Of a stretch of 64,000 nucleotides of DNA, positions 63,424-64,000 are shown in pieces; position 1 is the first letter of the stretch, and the number at the start of each line of letters is the position of its first letter. A program made the translations under genes and the position numbers. The notes beneath the pieces were generated by a model. That model was not told the origin of the DNA, searched no databases, and worked only from the letters and a program-made list of their open reading frames with translations. The DNA is taken from assembly GCA_963847625.1 (NCBI GenBank), contig CAWKAR010000045.1:32001-96000 (forward strand). Reading direction: 5' to 3'. Source of the stretch: a candidate division FCPU426 bacterium. Lineage in GTDB: Bacteria; Oederibacteriota; Muellerivitia; Muellerivitales; Muellerivitaceae.

Positions 63424-64000
63424 ATGTTCTGGGCCGTGGATATCGGCAACAGCCGGACCGTTTCCGGGCACATGCGGGATAACCGCGTGTTTCGGAAAAG
63501 CAATGTTGACACCGGCCGCCTTCGGACTCTTTCCGGCGCTCTCCGGTGGGCCAGAAGCCTCCAAAAAATCGGACCCAACAAAGGATTCATCATCGCCAGC
63601 GTGGTTCCGGCAGTAAATGGACCAGTTCGGGAAGCCCTCCAAATAGCAACCCGGAGGGCCCCCTTTTATGTAGATCCCTTGAAGGAACCGGGAATAACCA
63701 TCCATTACCGGAAGCCCGCTGAGGTAGGAGCGGATCGAATTGTAAACAGCATTGCAGCCAAGAAAATTTTTGGTGCTCCCGTGATAGTGGTGGACTATGG
63801 AACCGCCACTACCTTTGACGTTGTGGACAAAGCCGGGGCTTACCGGGGCGGGGTTATTTGGCCCGGGATCGGTATGTCCCTGAAAGCGCTTCACAATCAA
63901 ACCGCTAAATTACCCCTGGTGACCTTCGCCAGGACCCGAAACGCGGTTGGATCGACCACTCGGGATGGAATACGATCAGGACTTTATTTTGGGACTTTGG
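63424..64000 (+). CDS. coaX: Type III pantothenate kinase, 3'-truncated by the window end
   Basis: MFWAVDIGNSRT, ASVVP, VGADR and VVDYGTATTFD motifs; RBS AGGAG; birA-coaX synteny. Confidence 0.93.
   Translation, partial: MFWAVDIGNSRTVSGHMRDNRVFRKSNVDTGRLRTLSGALRWARSLQKIGPNKGFIIASVVPAVNGPVREALQIATRRAPFYVDPLKEPGITIHYRKPAEVGADRIVNSIAAKKIFGAPVIVVDYGTATTFDVVDKAGAYRGGVIWPGIGMSLKALHNQTAKLPLVTFARTRNAVGSTTRDGIRSGLYFGTL

Overview
Chromosomal bacterial DNA of roughly 50-60% GC. Housekeeping blocks (der-plsY-gpsA-IHF/HU-merR-2x tRNA-Pro-acyP-sigma70-apt-tRNA-Arg; GH57-glgB; rpoD; accA-amidase-GerMN-valS-nadC-birA-coaX) flank an accessory region of secreted or surface proteins: an S8 protease, an expansin-like protein on a very long Thr-rich stalk, three SBBP beta-propeller paralogues and two NHL lipoproteins. 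Many of these end in T9SS/FlgD-like C-terminal sorting domains, and three GT-C-type membrane glycosyltransferase-like genes are present. Two intact IS elements (IS4 and IS256 families) have visible target duplications. The best candidate for an undescribed system is a non-coding array of 24 direct repeats of about 22 bp (core TAGTAGCA, split by the IS256). It ends 39 bp before a gene for a protein with a ParB/Spo0J-like HTH domain, one transmembrane helix and a C-terminal PDZ-like domain, i.e. a possible membrane-anchored DNA-tethering or sensing module. Other oddities are a FabD homologue lacking its catalytic Ser/His, an orphaned sorting-domain copy implying C-terminal domain swapping, and a G-tract frameshift in the GH57 gene. 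All family calls come from motif recognition by eye; no searches were run.
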